DNA of 59,525 nt, filler included. It is 9 parts of 9 records of this genome, joined end to end, with 100 filler letters (N's around TTAATTAATTAA, not from the genome) between each part and the next. Parts side by side here need not be neighbours in the genome. Positions count along the whole stretch, not along the records: positions 39,927 to 45,666 come from SRR31156797_129333; positions 45,767 to 51,264 come from SRR31156797_129514; 7 more parts are not named here. The stretch is one strand, 5' to 3'. The translations under genes and the position numbers were made by a program. Position 1 is the first letter of the stretch, and every line of letters starts with the position of its first letter. The notes under the pieces were generated by a model, which ran no database searches, was not told where the DNA came from, and saw only the letters and a program-made list of their open reading frames with translations. Shown here piece after piece: positions 39,927 to 49,112 of the stretch.

Positions 39927-39974
39927 TCCCTGCGCGACGGTCGATTGGACGAAATGACCTGATCGGGACAAGGC

Positions 39975-41438
39975 CTAATTGGTATATGCGACGGTGCCCG
40001 AGGCGTCGACCGTGTAGTTCCACTGCTTGATGTAATCCCGCCCGGAGTGGAACTCATCACGTGTTTGCCTCAGCTTGCGGTCCAGGATCTGCTCCAGTTC
40101 CCGCTGCAGTTCTGCGTGGGCGGGCCGGTTGCACAGATTGTTGCGTTGGTAGGGGTCCTTGATGTTGTCGTAGAGTAGCCAGGGCCCTTTGAGATCGCGG
40201 GCGTACGTGTAGCGGGCGGTGCGCACCCCGCGGTATTCGCGGCCCCCACGCTTGCGATTCCACTGGCCGAAAGGCGAGGGGCAACTTATCAGAGTCGCGG
40301 TGTCCGGCGCGTCGGCCTGGCCCTGGAGGAACGGTGAGAAATCCAATCCTTCAACCGTGTTCGGAATTGCCACGCCGCAGAGGCCCAGCAGGGTGGGCAT
40401 GATGTCGGGTGTGTTGATGGGAACATCGATCATGCGACCCGTCTTACCCAGCGCCGCCGGGTAGCGCAGCAGGAAGGGCACCCGAATGGACTCGTCCCAG
40501 GGTTGCTGTTTCTTCTGGCCGCCATGGGAGTAGAGCATGTCGCCATGGTCGGAGGTGAAGACGAAGATCGTCTCGTCGGCGATGCCCGTTTCATTCAGCG
40601 TCTTGAGTAGATCGCCCATGCAATCGTCGAGGGCCGCGATGTGGGCGTAGTAGCCGGCGAGGGCCTTCCGAGCCTTGGCTCTGTCGGCTTCGGGTACGTT
40701 CAGTCTCAGCGTGACATCTTCGGGTCTGAACATGGCCTGGTACTTCTCAGGGGCGGTATGGTACGGTGCGTGGGGTGGACCCCACGAGAGGAAGAGGGCG
40801 AAGGGCCCGTCCGGCGCGTGGTCGCGGATGTAGCCCTGGGCCTCGCGCGTCTGGGCGATGGCGTCGTAACCCTCCCATTTCAGTTTGACGTCTTCATCGG
40901 CGTAATAGGCCGAATTGTTGTAGTTGTGCGTACAGCCCAGGGCCTTCCAGAACTGAAATCCCTGACGCCGCTCGCGCGGGATGAAGGCGGTGCGATGAAC
41001 GCCGTCGAGGTGCCACTTGCCGATGTAGCCGGTGTGGTAGCCGGCGTCGTTGTAGGCCTGGGCGATCGAGACGGCCCGGTTGTCGAGCAGGACGTCGTTG
41101 AGAAAGACGCCGTGGGTGAGCGGATACTGACCGGTCAGGAGGCTGGCCCGATAGGGACAGCATACGGGACAGCCCGACACGGCGGTGCGAAAGTTCACGC
41201 TCTGACGCGCCAGGGCGTCGAGGCGGGGCGTTCGGGCGTTCGGGTCACCCGCATAGCCGGTGGCCTGGGCCCGCCACTGGTCGGCGAAGACGAAAACGAG
41301 GTTGGGTCGTCTGCGCGAACGTGCGGTGTGGGCGGCGCGTGCCGGTCGATGTCCCTGGAAACCACCGACGAATGCCGAAACGGCGCCGAGACCGGCCGCT
41401 TGGCGGAAGTGTCTTCTGTCGATCGTGCCATGATCCAT
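39975..41438 (-). CDS. Formylglycine-dependent (S1) sulfatase, Tat-type signal
   Basis: RRHF; PNLVFVFADQ, CCPYRASLLTG (CxPxR), GKWHL, PPHAPY, SDHG. Confidence 0.95.
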   Translation of the reverse strand: MDHGTIDRRHFRQAAGLGAVSAFVGGFQGHRPARAAHTARSRRRPNLVFVFADQWRAQATGYAGDPNARTPRLDALARQSVNFRTAVSGCPVCCPYRASLLTGQYPLTHGVFLNDVLLDNRAVSIAQAYNDAGYHTGYIGKWHLDGVHRTAFIPRERRQGFQFWKALGCTHNYNNSAYYADEDVKLKWEGYDAIAQTREAQGYIRDHAPDGPFALFLSWGPPHAPYHTAPEKYQAMFRPEDVTLRLNVPEADRAKARKALAGYYAHIAALDDCMGDLLKTLNETGIADETIFVFTSDHGDMLYSHGGQKKQQPWDESIRVPFLLRYPAALGKTGRMIDVPINTPDIMPTLLGLCGVAIPNTVEGLDFSPFLQGQADAPDTATLISCPSPFGQWNRKRGGREYRGVRTARYTYARDLKGPWLLYDNIKDPYQRNNLCNRPAHAELQRELEQILDRKLRQTRDEFHSGRDYIKQWNYTVDASGTVAYTN

Positions 41439-41748
41439 GAGTGTGCCCCTAATGCGATTGTCCTGTCCGTGTCCGCACGATTATAGTGATCCGGATGCCC
41501 AACGGCAATCGACATTGTGCGCTGGCGAGCCATCGAAGGTTCCCCAGTTTGACGTTCGTGTGTTGAGAGTGCGTTGATGAGCAGATTCGGCCGTCGGTGG
41601 CGGCTCGGTGCCGGCCTTGTGGGAAAAGTCCCGTCGGATTGGCGGCAATACTGCTTGCGTCGGGGGCTTGCGGGCTTTACTATCGGGGCCTTTAGGTCAC
41701 AACAGGCGTCCGCGACGCCAGAACAGAGTGTTTTGGGAGGTCACAACC

Positions 41749-43110
41749 ATGAGCGATCTGAACCGTAGGGATTTCATCAGGACTGGTGCGATGGCGGGCG
41801 TGGGAGTATCGCTGGCCTCCATGGCGTCGTCCTGTTCCAGCATGAAACTGACGCGCGGTGGTGGCGACAGCCTGATCGGATTCAAGGTGCCCCCGATTGA
41901 GAACGTACGGATTGCGTACGTTGGGGTCGGCGGTATGGGATCGAATCACGTTCGCAACCTCCTGAAGATCAAAGGCTGTCAGATCACCGCGGTCTGTGAC
42001 ATCGTCCCCGAGAAAGTCGCGCGGGTCCAGAAATGGGTGCAGGACGCGGGGTTCCCGAAGCCGGCCGGTTATTCGCGGGGCGATTGGGACTTCAAGCGGC
42101 TGTGCGAGACGGAAGATCTCGATCTGGTCTATACGGCGACGCCATGGAAGTGGCACACGCCGGTTCTGCTGGCGGCGATGGAAAACGGCAAGCACGGTGC
42201 GACGGAGGTCAACGCCGCCTTCAACGTCGAGGATTGCTGGAAGCTCGTCGAGATGGCCGAGAAGATGCAGCGTCACTGCGTCTTGATGGAAAACTGCTGC
42301 TACGATCGGGCCGAGATGCAGATTCTCAACATGGTCAAGCAAGGCCTGTTTGGCGAACTGCTCCACGGCGAGTGTGGGTACCTGCACGATTTGCGCGGCG
42401 TCAAGTTCTCCGAAGGGGGCGAAGGGCTCTGGCGGCGCAACTGGTCCATGACCCATGACGCCAACCTGTATCCCACGCACGGCCTGGGACCGATCGCCCA
42501 GTGCATGGACGTTAATCGAGGCGATGCCTTCGACTATCTCGTTTCGGTCAGCAGTAACTCCCGGGGGCTGTTCGACTATGCCAAGGAGCACTACCCAGAA
42601 GGCGATCCGAAACGCGATGAGGTGTACAAACTCGGTGACGTCAACACTTCACTGATTCGTACGAAACTGGGCAAGACGATCGTTGTCAAACACGACACCA
42701 ACGTGCCCCGGCCGTACAGTCGCGACATCCTCGTGCAGGGCACCAAGGGCATCGTCCGCAAGTACCCGGAAGGAAAGGTCCACATCGAAGGCAAGAGCGC
42801 CGGACATGGCTGGGAAGACCTGAACAAGTACCAGGACTACGACCATCCGCTGTGGAAGGCCATGCAGGACAGCGCCGAAGGCGCCGGCCATGGCGGCATG
42901 GACTTCATTGAAGATTACCGTCTGATCGACGCGTTGCGCAACGGTCGACCGACCGACATTGACGTTTACGACGCCGTCGCCTGGTCGGCGGTCGTGGGGT
43001 TGTCGGAGCAATCGGTGGCCAAGAACGGCCGGCCGATGGACTTCCCCGATTTCACACGCGGCGGATGGAAGACACCGCGCCAGTTGCAGGTCATGCAGTT
43101 CAAGGGATAG
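41749..43110 (+). CDS. GH109 NAD-dependent alpha-N-acetylgalactosaminidase-like glycosidase (Gfo/Idh/MocA fold)
   Basis: Tat RRDF plus lipobox ASSC; ATPWKWH, MENCCY, GYLHDLR, YPTHGLGP, GHGGMDF. Confidence 0.85.
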   Translation: MSDLNRRDFIRTGAMAGVGVSLASMASSCSSMKLTRGGGDSLIGFKVPPIENVRIAYVGVGGMGSNHVRNLLKIKGCQITAVCDIVPEKVARVQKWVQDAGFPKPAGYSRGDWDFKRLCETEDLDLVYTATPWKWHTPVLLAAMENGKHGATEVNAAFNVEDCWKLVEMAEKMQRHCVLMENCCYDRAEMQILNMVKQGLFGELLHGECGYLHDLRGVKFSEGGEGLWRRNWSMTHDANLYPTHGLGPIAQCMDVNRGDAFDYLVSVSSNSRGLFDYAKEHYPEGDPKRDEVYKLGDVNTSLIRTKLGKTIVVKHDTNVPRPYSRDILVQGTKGIVRKYPEGKVHIEGKSAGHGWEDLNKYQDYDHPLWKAMQDSAEGAGHGGMDFIEDYRLIDALRNGRPTDIDVYDAVAWSAVVGLSEQSVAKNGRPMDFPDFTRGGWKTPRQLQVMQFKG

Positions 43111-43165
43111 AGACGCGTGCCGGTAGTGCGGTTGGTGCCGCGACCGCTTGAGGAAAGGTCTACGG

Positions 43166-44002
43166 ATGAAGATCAGTGCAAGCTATTGGATGTTCGAAGG
43201 TGGCCTGGAGGCGACCTTGCCGGTGGCCGATGCGATGACGCAGGCCAAGGACCTGGGCTTTGACGCGATCGAATTGTGTATCGGCAGCCAGGGGGTGCTG
43301 ACCCACGAGACGACCGAAGCCCAGTGCGCGCAGATCGTGGCCCAGGCGAAGGATCTGGGGATCGAAATCGCCAGTGTCGCCAGTGGCGAGAGTTGGGGTT
43401 GTTCGCCTTCGGACGACGATCCGGCCGTGCGAGTGAAGATCATCGATTTCACGATGCAAGCGCTGCAAGTGACCAAGTGGCTGGGGACTGATGCGTATCT
43501 ATTCGTCCCCGGGGCGGTGGATGTCTTCTTTCTGGAGAACAGCCCCGTCGTGCCCTACGAGGTGTGTTACGAACGGGCGCGCGTTGCGATCGCCAATCTG
43601 CTTTCCACGGCCAAGCAATTGAGCGTGGCCATTGGCATTGAGAATGTGTGGAACAAGTTCCTTCTGAGTCCGTTGGAGATGCGCGACTTTATCGACAGCT
43701 TTGCCTCGTCGGCCGTTGGCGCCTATTTTGATGTCGGCAACGTTCTGCTCACGGGGTATCCCGACCAGTGGATCAAGATTCTCGGTAAGCGCATCGTGCG
43801 CGTCCACGTTAAAGACTTCAAGAAGTCGGTGGGTACGGCCGAGGGCTTCGTTGACCTGCTCGAAGGCGATGTGGATTTCGAAGCGGTCAAGGCGGCGCTG
43901 GCCGAGGTGGGCTACGATGGATATGTCACGGCCGAGATGTTGCCGTATCAGCCGGGCCGGCCGGAGAAGACCGCGGCGGCCATGAAGAAGATTTTCAAGT
44001 AG
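43166..44002 (+). CDS. Sugar phosphate isomerase/epimerase (xylose isomerase-like TIM barrel)
   Basis: IENVWNKFLLSP, YFDVGN, VHVKDF, GYVTAE. Confidence 0.9.
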   Translation: MKISASYWMFEGGLEATLPVADAMTQAKDLGFDAIELCIGSQGVLTHETTEAQCAQIVAQAKDLGIEIASVASGESWGCSPSDDDPAVRVKIIDFTMQALQVTKWLGTDAYLFVPGAVDVFFLENSPVVPYEVCYERARVAIANLLSTAKQLSVAIGIENVWNKFLLSPLEMRDFIDSFASSAVGAYFDVGNVLLTGYPDQWIKILGKRIVRVHVKDFKKSVGTAEGFVDLLEGDVDFEAVKAALAEVGYDGYVTAEMLPYQPGRPEKTAAAMKKIFK

Positions 44003-44029
44003 ACCATTGTTTCCGGAAGGGACAGCGCG

Positions 44030-45046
44030 ATGACGAAAGTTGGCATAATCGGCTTGGGCTTCATGGGCAAGATGCACTTTCGCTGCTATCAGGCCCTCGA
44101 CGGCGTCCAGGTGGTGGCGATCTGCGATACGGACAAGGCCAAGTTCGCGGACACCGGCGGCACGGCCGGCAATATCGAAGGGGCCGAGGCGCCCTTGGAC
44201 TTGGCCGGTATCGGCTTGTACGACGATTTCGACAAGATGCTGGCCGAGGCGGATCTCGATGCGGTCTCGATCACATTGCCGACGTATATGCACAGGGAAT
44301 ACGCAACGAAGGCGTTAGACGCCGGCGTCAATACCCTATGCGAAAAGCCCCTGGCGTTGAATGCTGAAGACGCCGAGCAGATCATCGCGGCGGCCGAAAG
44401 AGCGGGCAAACTCCTCCAGACGGGGCATTGCATTCGCTTCTGGCCTGAATATGCCAAGACGAAAGAGATCATTGATTCCAATGAGTATGGCAAGGTGCTG
44501 GCGGCGACGTTCCAGCGTCTGAGCCTGACCCCGACGTGGTCGTGGGAGAACTGGCTGATGGACGCGAGCAAGAGCGGTTCGGCGGCGCTGGATCTGCACA
44601 TCCACGATTCCGATTTCGTGCAGTACGTTTTCGGGATGCCGAAGGCGGTGTTCAGTCGGGCGGCGGGCGGTCCGGCCAAAGAGTTCGACCACATCGTGAC
44701 TCAGTACGTCTACGATGGCGATTGCGTCGTGACAGCCGAGGGGGGCTGGGCGATGACGCCCGGATTCGGGTTCGAGATGAGTTTCAACATCGTGCTGGAG
44801 AAGGCCACGATCAGCTATGACTGCTCGCGCAGTCCGGCGTTCAAGGTCGCTCCGGCTGGCCGCGAGGCCTTCACCCCCAAGATCGCCTCGGGCGACGGCT
44901 ACTCCAACGAGATCGGACATTTCATCAAGGCCGTTCGCGGCGAGAAGGTCCCCGAGATCATCACGCCGGCGCAATCGGTCGATTCGCTTCGACTCGTGTT
45001 GGCGGAAAAGCAATCGGTCACGTCAGGTCAATCGGTGCAGCTGTAG
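44030..45046 (+). CDS. Gfo/Idh/MocA family oxidoreductase
   Basis: GIIGLGFMG, CEKP, DLHIHD. Confidence 0.92.
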   Translation: MTKVGIIGLGFMGKMHFRCYQALDGVQVVAICDTDKAKFADTGGTAGNIEGAEAPLDLAGIGLYDDFDKMLAEADLDAVSITLPTYMHREYATKALDAGVNTLCEKPLALNAEDAEQIIAAAERAGKLLQTGHCIRFWPEYAKTKEIIDSNEYGKVLAATFQRLSLTPTWSWENWLMDASKSGSAALDLHIHDSDFVQYVFGMPKAVFSRAAGGPAKEFDHIVTQYVYDGDCVVTAEGGWAMTPGFGFEMSFNIVLEKATISYDCSRSPAFKVAPAGREAFTPKIASGDGYSNEIGHFIKAVRGEKVPEIITPAQSVDSLRLVLAEKQSVTSGQSVQL

Positions 45047-45085
45047 GAAGACCAAACATATTGAGTTCCATGAGCGGGAGAAACG

Positions 45086-45666
45086 ATGGGCATTGATTTC
45101 GCAGAACTGGGATTCGGCACGAATTTCGGCACCCTGGATTGGTGTATCGTTGTCGGCTATCTGATCGCCATCGTCAGCATTGGCGTCTATATCCGCAAGT
45201 ACATCGCCAGTGCCACCGATTTCATGGTCGCCGGACGTGGACTCCGAACCTTCCTGGCCATCGCCACCATGATCGGCACGGAGATGGGCCTGATCACGGT
45301 GATGTACTCAGCTCAGAAAGGCTTCACGGGGGGGTTCGCTGCTTTTCACATTGCTTTTGCGGCCGCGATCGTGACGCTGCTGGTGGGGCTCAGCGGCTTT
45401 ATCGTCGTGCCACTGCGGCGCATGAAGGTGATGACGATCCCGGAGTTCTACGAGAAGCGCTTTGGCCGGGACGTGCGCATTTTGGGCGGTACGATCCTGG
45501 CTCTTTCGGGCATCCTCAACATGGGTCTGTTCCTCAAGGCCGGGGCCATGTTTGTCTTTGGTGTCACCGGGATGAGTTCGGAGAGGCATCTGAACATCAT
45601 CATGACGGTATTGTTGGGCATGGTGCTGCTGTATACGACGCTGGGTGGGATGGTTTCGGTCGCCGT
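45086..45666 (+). CDS. Sodium:solute symporter (3' truncated)
   Basis: DFMVAGR, MTIPEFYEKRFG, YTTLGGM. Confidence 0.9.
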
Positions 45667-45766
45667 NNNNNNNNNNNNNNNNNNNNNNNNNNNNNNNNNN
45701 NNNNNNNNNNTTAATTAATTAANNNNNNNNNNNNNNNNNNNNNNNNNNNNNNNNNNNNNNNNNNNN
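45667..45766. other. Artificial contig spacer
   Basis: N44-TTAATTAATTAA-N44. Confidence 0.98.
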
Positions 45767-46037
45767 ATCTGTAGGGAGAGATGAAAGAAACAAGTGTTGC
45801 AACGCCATTTTTTGATAACATTCCGGCAATAAATGTTACTCTCCTTATATTCTCGGTTCTGTCTTCCTTGGAAAAACCCAGGTCCTTGCAGAGATCTTCC
45901 CTGACAATATCTCCGTCAAGTCTCTGAACATAACCTATTTGTCTTCTATCCAGTTCTTTCTCAAGAGCCGTTGCAATAGTTGTTTTTCCAGCCCCTGACC
46001 AGCCAGTAAACCATAGTGTAAATCCTTCTTTTAGCAT
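45767..46037 (-). CDS. cysC: Adenylyl-sulfate (APS) kinase (3' truncated)
   Basis: [41 protein letters not shown]. Confidence 0.93.
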
Positions 46038-46055
46038 GTCTGCACCCACACAGTA

Positions 46056-46844
46056 TCAGTCTTCTTCAATACTTTGTATCTTTATAGATGATAAATCCAG
46101 CCCATTCCCTATGACAATAAAGAAATTATTAAGCAATGATTCCTTGTTATATTCCGGTTCTTTCATTGTTTTGAGGTCCAGAAGCTTGCAGCCTGCTTCT
46201 TTTGCAATGATATGTCCTGCTGCGATATCCCACTCCATTGAACCCTGGAATCTTGGATACAGATGTGCATATCCCATGGCAACTCTGCAGAACTTAAGCG
46301 AAGAACCGGCAGAAACTACGTCATCAATATTGTTCATCTGCATAAACTTTGCATCCATTTCTGTTGCATGCTTTCTGCTTCCTGTGGCAATCAGTTTGTC
46401 TGATTCAATTTCAGTAACAGGTAGTTTTTTGATGCCATCTGAATCTTCCACATATGAACCAAAGCCTTCTGCAGCAAAAAAGGTAACACCGGTGGCAGGC
46501 ACGTGTATAACTCCCATGCTTGGTTTTTTATCCTTCATGTAAGCAATATTCACTGTAAACTCGCCACTATCTTCAATAAATTCTTTTGTCCCATCCAGCG
46601 GGTCAACAAGGAAAAAATCATCATAAGTCTTTCTGATATCGTAACCTGAGTACTTTTCCTCAGAGGTTATTGGAATATCCCATCTCTCCTCAAGTTTCTG
46701 TGCTATGTATTTATCAGATTCGAGATCAGCTTTAGTTAAAGGGGAATCGTCCGCTTTTTTCTTAATACCTTTTTCGGGGTCATTGTAATATTTCAGAATA
46801 ATGTCTCCGGCACCCCTGGAAATATGAATCATTTCCTCCAGCAT
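46056..46844 (-). CDS. cysQ: 3'(2'),5'-bisphosphate nucleotidase
   Basis: KADDSPLTKAD, SEE, VDPLDGTKEF, GSSLKFC, EWDIAAG; start uncertain (track 46958). Confidence 0.92.
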   Translation of the reverse strand: MLEEMIHISRGAGDIILKYYNDPEKGIKKKADDSPLTKADLESDKYIAQKLEERWDIPITSEEKYSGYDIRKTYDDFFLVDPLDGTKEFIEDSGEFTVNIAYMKDKKPSMGVIHVPATGVTFFAAEGFGSYVEDSDGIKKLPVTEIESDKLIATGSRKHATEMDAKFMQMNNIDDVVSAGSSLKFCRVAMGYAHLYPRFQGSMEWDIAAGHIIAKEAGCKLLDLKTMKEPEYNKESLLNNFFIVIGNGLDLSSIKIQSIEED

Positions 46845-47159
46845 TTTAGGAATTTTACTGTTGTTCACGTTTTTATCTCTTTTAATTGTTGCAATATAAA
46901 ACACATCTTTTAAGATACGAGACTTAATAAATCTAGTATCATTATATAAAGAAGACATATTTATAGATATTTAATACATTTTTAAAATATTAGACTTAAT
47001 GATGCCATAGTTTTGTGAGATCACCAAATTAGAATTTTAGCTTAAATTTAAATGCCTACTTAAATACTTCGCCAATTGATCCAAAATCTCTCAAAAACGA
47101 GTTTAGAAATAGCTGGCATAATCAAAAAAACACATCATATATTTTTCTTGGTAAAATAT

Positions 47160-47178
47160 AAGTAAAGCTTATATTTTA
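47160..47178 (+). promoter_or_regulatory. Putative archaeal BRE-TATA promoter
   Basis: Purine-rich AAGTAAAG followed by CTTATATT, about 150 bp upstream of the ATG at 47319. Confidence 0.45.
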
Positions 47179-47199
47179 AGACCGCAATAAAAAATTAAG

Positions 47200-47300
47200 G
47201 AGTCATTCTGACCCGGGAGCGGCAGGGGGAGATAGCAGGTACTGCAGAGTGTAACTCTCAAAAATAACCCGACGCAGACCTGTTCCTGTCCATTTGACAA
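47200..47300 (+). ncRNA. Candidate structured 5' leader RNA
   Basis: GC-rich island in an AT-rich intergenic region; closing stem 47221-47231/47280-47290 encloses two hairpins with GTA loops. Confidence 0.35.
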
Positions 47301-47318
47301 AACATTGGAGGAAAAATT

Positions 47319-49013
47319 ATGGGATGGTTTGATGTTGTAGCAGGCATCGCTACAGGTGGATTATATACAGCAGGAAAAGCAATCTATCAGGCAGGAAATG
47401 CAGCGGAAGAGGCAGGAGAAGCAGCCGAAGAAGCAGGTATGGCAATTGCAGTTATCGGTTCGACCATACAGGCTGTCGGCGAGCAGTTGACCTCTACATT
47501 GAAGGAAGCAGAGGAACTCCTGATGATACAGAGACTGACACCAAGAAGTGAGGCAGACCTCTGGGATGAGGAGAAAGAAAGACTTGATGACCTCAGAAAA
47601 GAAAAGAAACGTCTTGAGGACAAACTAAAGGATAAAGGAGTTACTAATACAGGTAGCTTTGATTTCAATTTCTGGGATATAATCTCAGACTTCAGTGATG
47701 TGATAGAGAACTTCCAGCTCATGGCAAAACTGGCGGCCGTGAACCAGGAGATACACGATATATTCTATCAGGAGCCGGGTGTTGTTACAACAGGTATCTA
47801 CAACGCCAAGGAGGTCCTTGAGCGTTTCAACACCATCGAGCAGCCCATGATAGAAGACATCATGGCATCCCTTGATGAAAATCTGGACGTCAGTGAGGAG
47901 GTGCTTCAGGAAGTAAAGAAGCTCTTTGTGACTAAGAAAAAAATACCGATAGCTATCGCGGACCTCAGTCCTTCCATAAGGGATCACCTGGACATGATCC
48001 AGACTGACAAACTCTACTATGAAGGACTCATTTCACGAAAGGACACAGTCACAGCACAGCTTGGCGACATAATGAAGGTCCATCCCGTTAACAAGTTCGA
48101 GATAGCTGCGGGAGCTATCAATGTTCCAAAAGACTTCATCTATGCCAGCAGTGTCCTTGATGATGTCATAGATGCGACAAAGATACTCGACAACATAGAT
48201 ATAGCCGACTCCATAAGGGACAATACCGATGTCATAGACAGGGTCGATGACAGGGATATCAGTGCTGGTGTGGGAAGGGCCGATGCGATCAGAGAAACTG
48301 AGGATATAAGGGACAGCATCAGGGGCAATGTGAACATAAGGGACTCTGTCAGATCATTCGATTCAACAGAGAGGGCCGTCAGGAATATGGCGACTTCCCG
48401 TCCTGTGGTGAGAACATCAGCCACAACCAACGCAACAGCCAAAAGCAGCACAACGGCTTCAGCTGGTGCAAACAAAGAAATAACTACCATCTCTGCGGCC
48501 AACATAGCCAGACTTGCAACATCGGTCAGGAAAGGTCCTTCCACTTCCATGTCCATGATGCAGCCATACGGTGCAAAGATATCCGCATCCCTGAGTACTA
48601 AGTTCGATGGATACCAGCGTAACTATGACCTTATGAAGGCGCAGAAGGCATTCTACTTCAGACAGACCCTCAAGATGGAGAAGAAATACGAACTCCTTTC
48701 CAACAAATGGGTAGAAGAACCAGGAATCATCCCCAAGACGCTGGACGAACTGCACGGTGTGCTTCACAATGTCAGGACAGAGGAACAGCCACGCATCGAT
48801 CAGGTTCTTGATAATGTCAATGCGACCCTTGAAGAAGCACAGGGAACCGTTGAGAAAGCCAACGATACTATGGATTCCGTGAAGAATGCTCTTTCAATAC
48901 TGGACTTTGATACAAAGTACCTGAAACTGGGAGGCATGGTCATTGGCGGATTGATAGTCCTTGACCTTTTCGTAGGATTTATAGTGCTCATAAGGATGGC
49001 ACTGGGAGTATAA
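47319..49013 (+). CDS. Uncharacterised 564-aa helical protein with internal duplication and C-terminal TM anchor
   Basis: Long ORF, GGAGG RBS, consistent codon use; no family recognised. Confidence 0.85.
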   Translation: MGWFDVVAGIATGGLYTAGKAIYQAGNAAEEAGEAAEEAGMAIAVIGSTIQAVGEQLTSTLKEAEELLMIQRLTPRSEADLWDEEKERLDDLRKEKKRLEDKLKDKGVTNTGSFDFNFWDIISDFSDVIENFQLMAKLAAVNQEIHDIFYQEPGVVTTGIYNAKEVLERFNTIEQPMIEDIMASLDENLDVSEEVLQEVKKLFVTKKKIPIAIADLSPSIRDHLDMIQTDKLYYEGLISRKDTVTAQLGDIMKVHPVNKFEIAAGAINVPKDFIYASSVLDDVIDATKILDNIDIADSIRDNTDVIDRVDDRDISAGVGRADAIRETEDIRDSIRGNVNIRDSVRSFDSTERAVRNMATSRPVVRTSATTNATAKSSTTASAGANKEITTISAANIARLATSVRKGPSTSMSMMQPYGAKISASLSTKFDGYQRNYDLMKAQKAFYFRQTLKMEKKYELLSNKWVEEPGIIPKTLDELHGVLHNVRTEEQPRIDQVLDNVNATLEEAQGTVEKANDTMDSVKNALSILDFDTKYLKLGGMVIGGLIVLDLFVGFIVLIRMALGV

Positions 49014-49052
49014 AATTTTAGAATGGAATAGAAAGTAACAACAAAGGTAATC

Positions 49053-49076
49053 TCCGGTTGCTTAATGGCAACCGGA
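49053..49076. terminator. Hairpin between convergent genes
   Basis: TCCGGTTGC-N6-GCAACCGGA perfect 9-bp inverted repeat. Confidence 0.55.
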
Positions 49077-49112
49077 TCAAATCTAATTTATTTATGTATT
49101 TATGTACTTGCC

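Noticed and set aside
39927-39962. SLRDGRLDEMT* as the end of an ABC ATPase
   Set aside because: Plausible, but 11 codons are too few to support a call
47221-47284. Calling the leader a yybP-ykoY, cobalamin or c-di-AMP riboswitch
   Set aside because: Only fragments match and core motifs are missing; kept as an unassigned candidate
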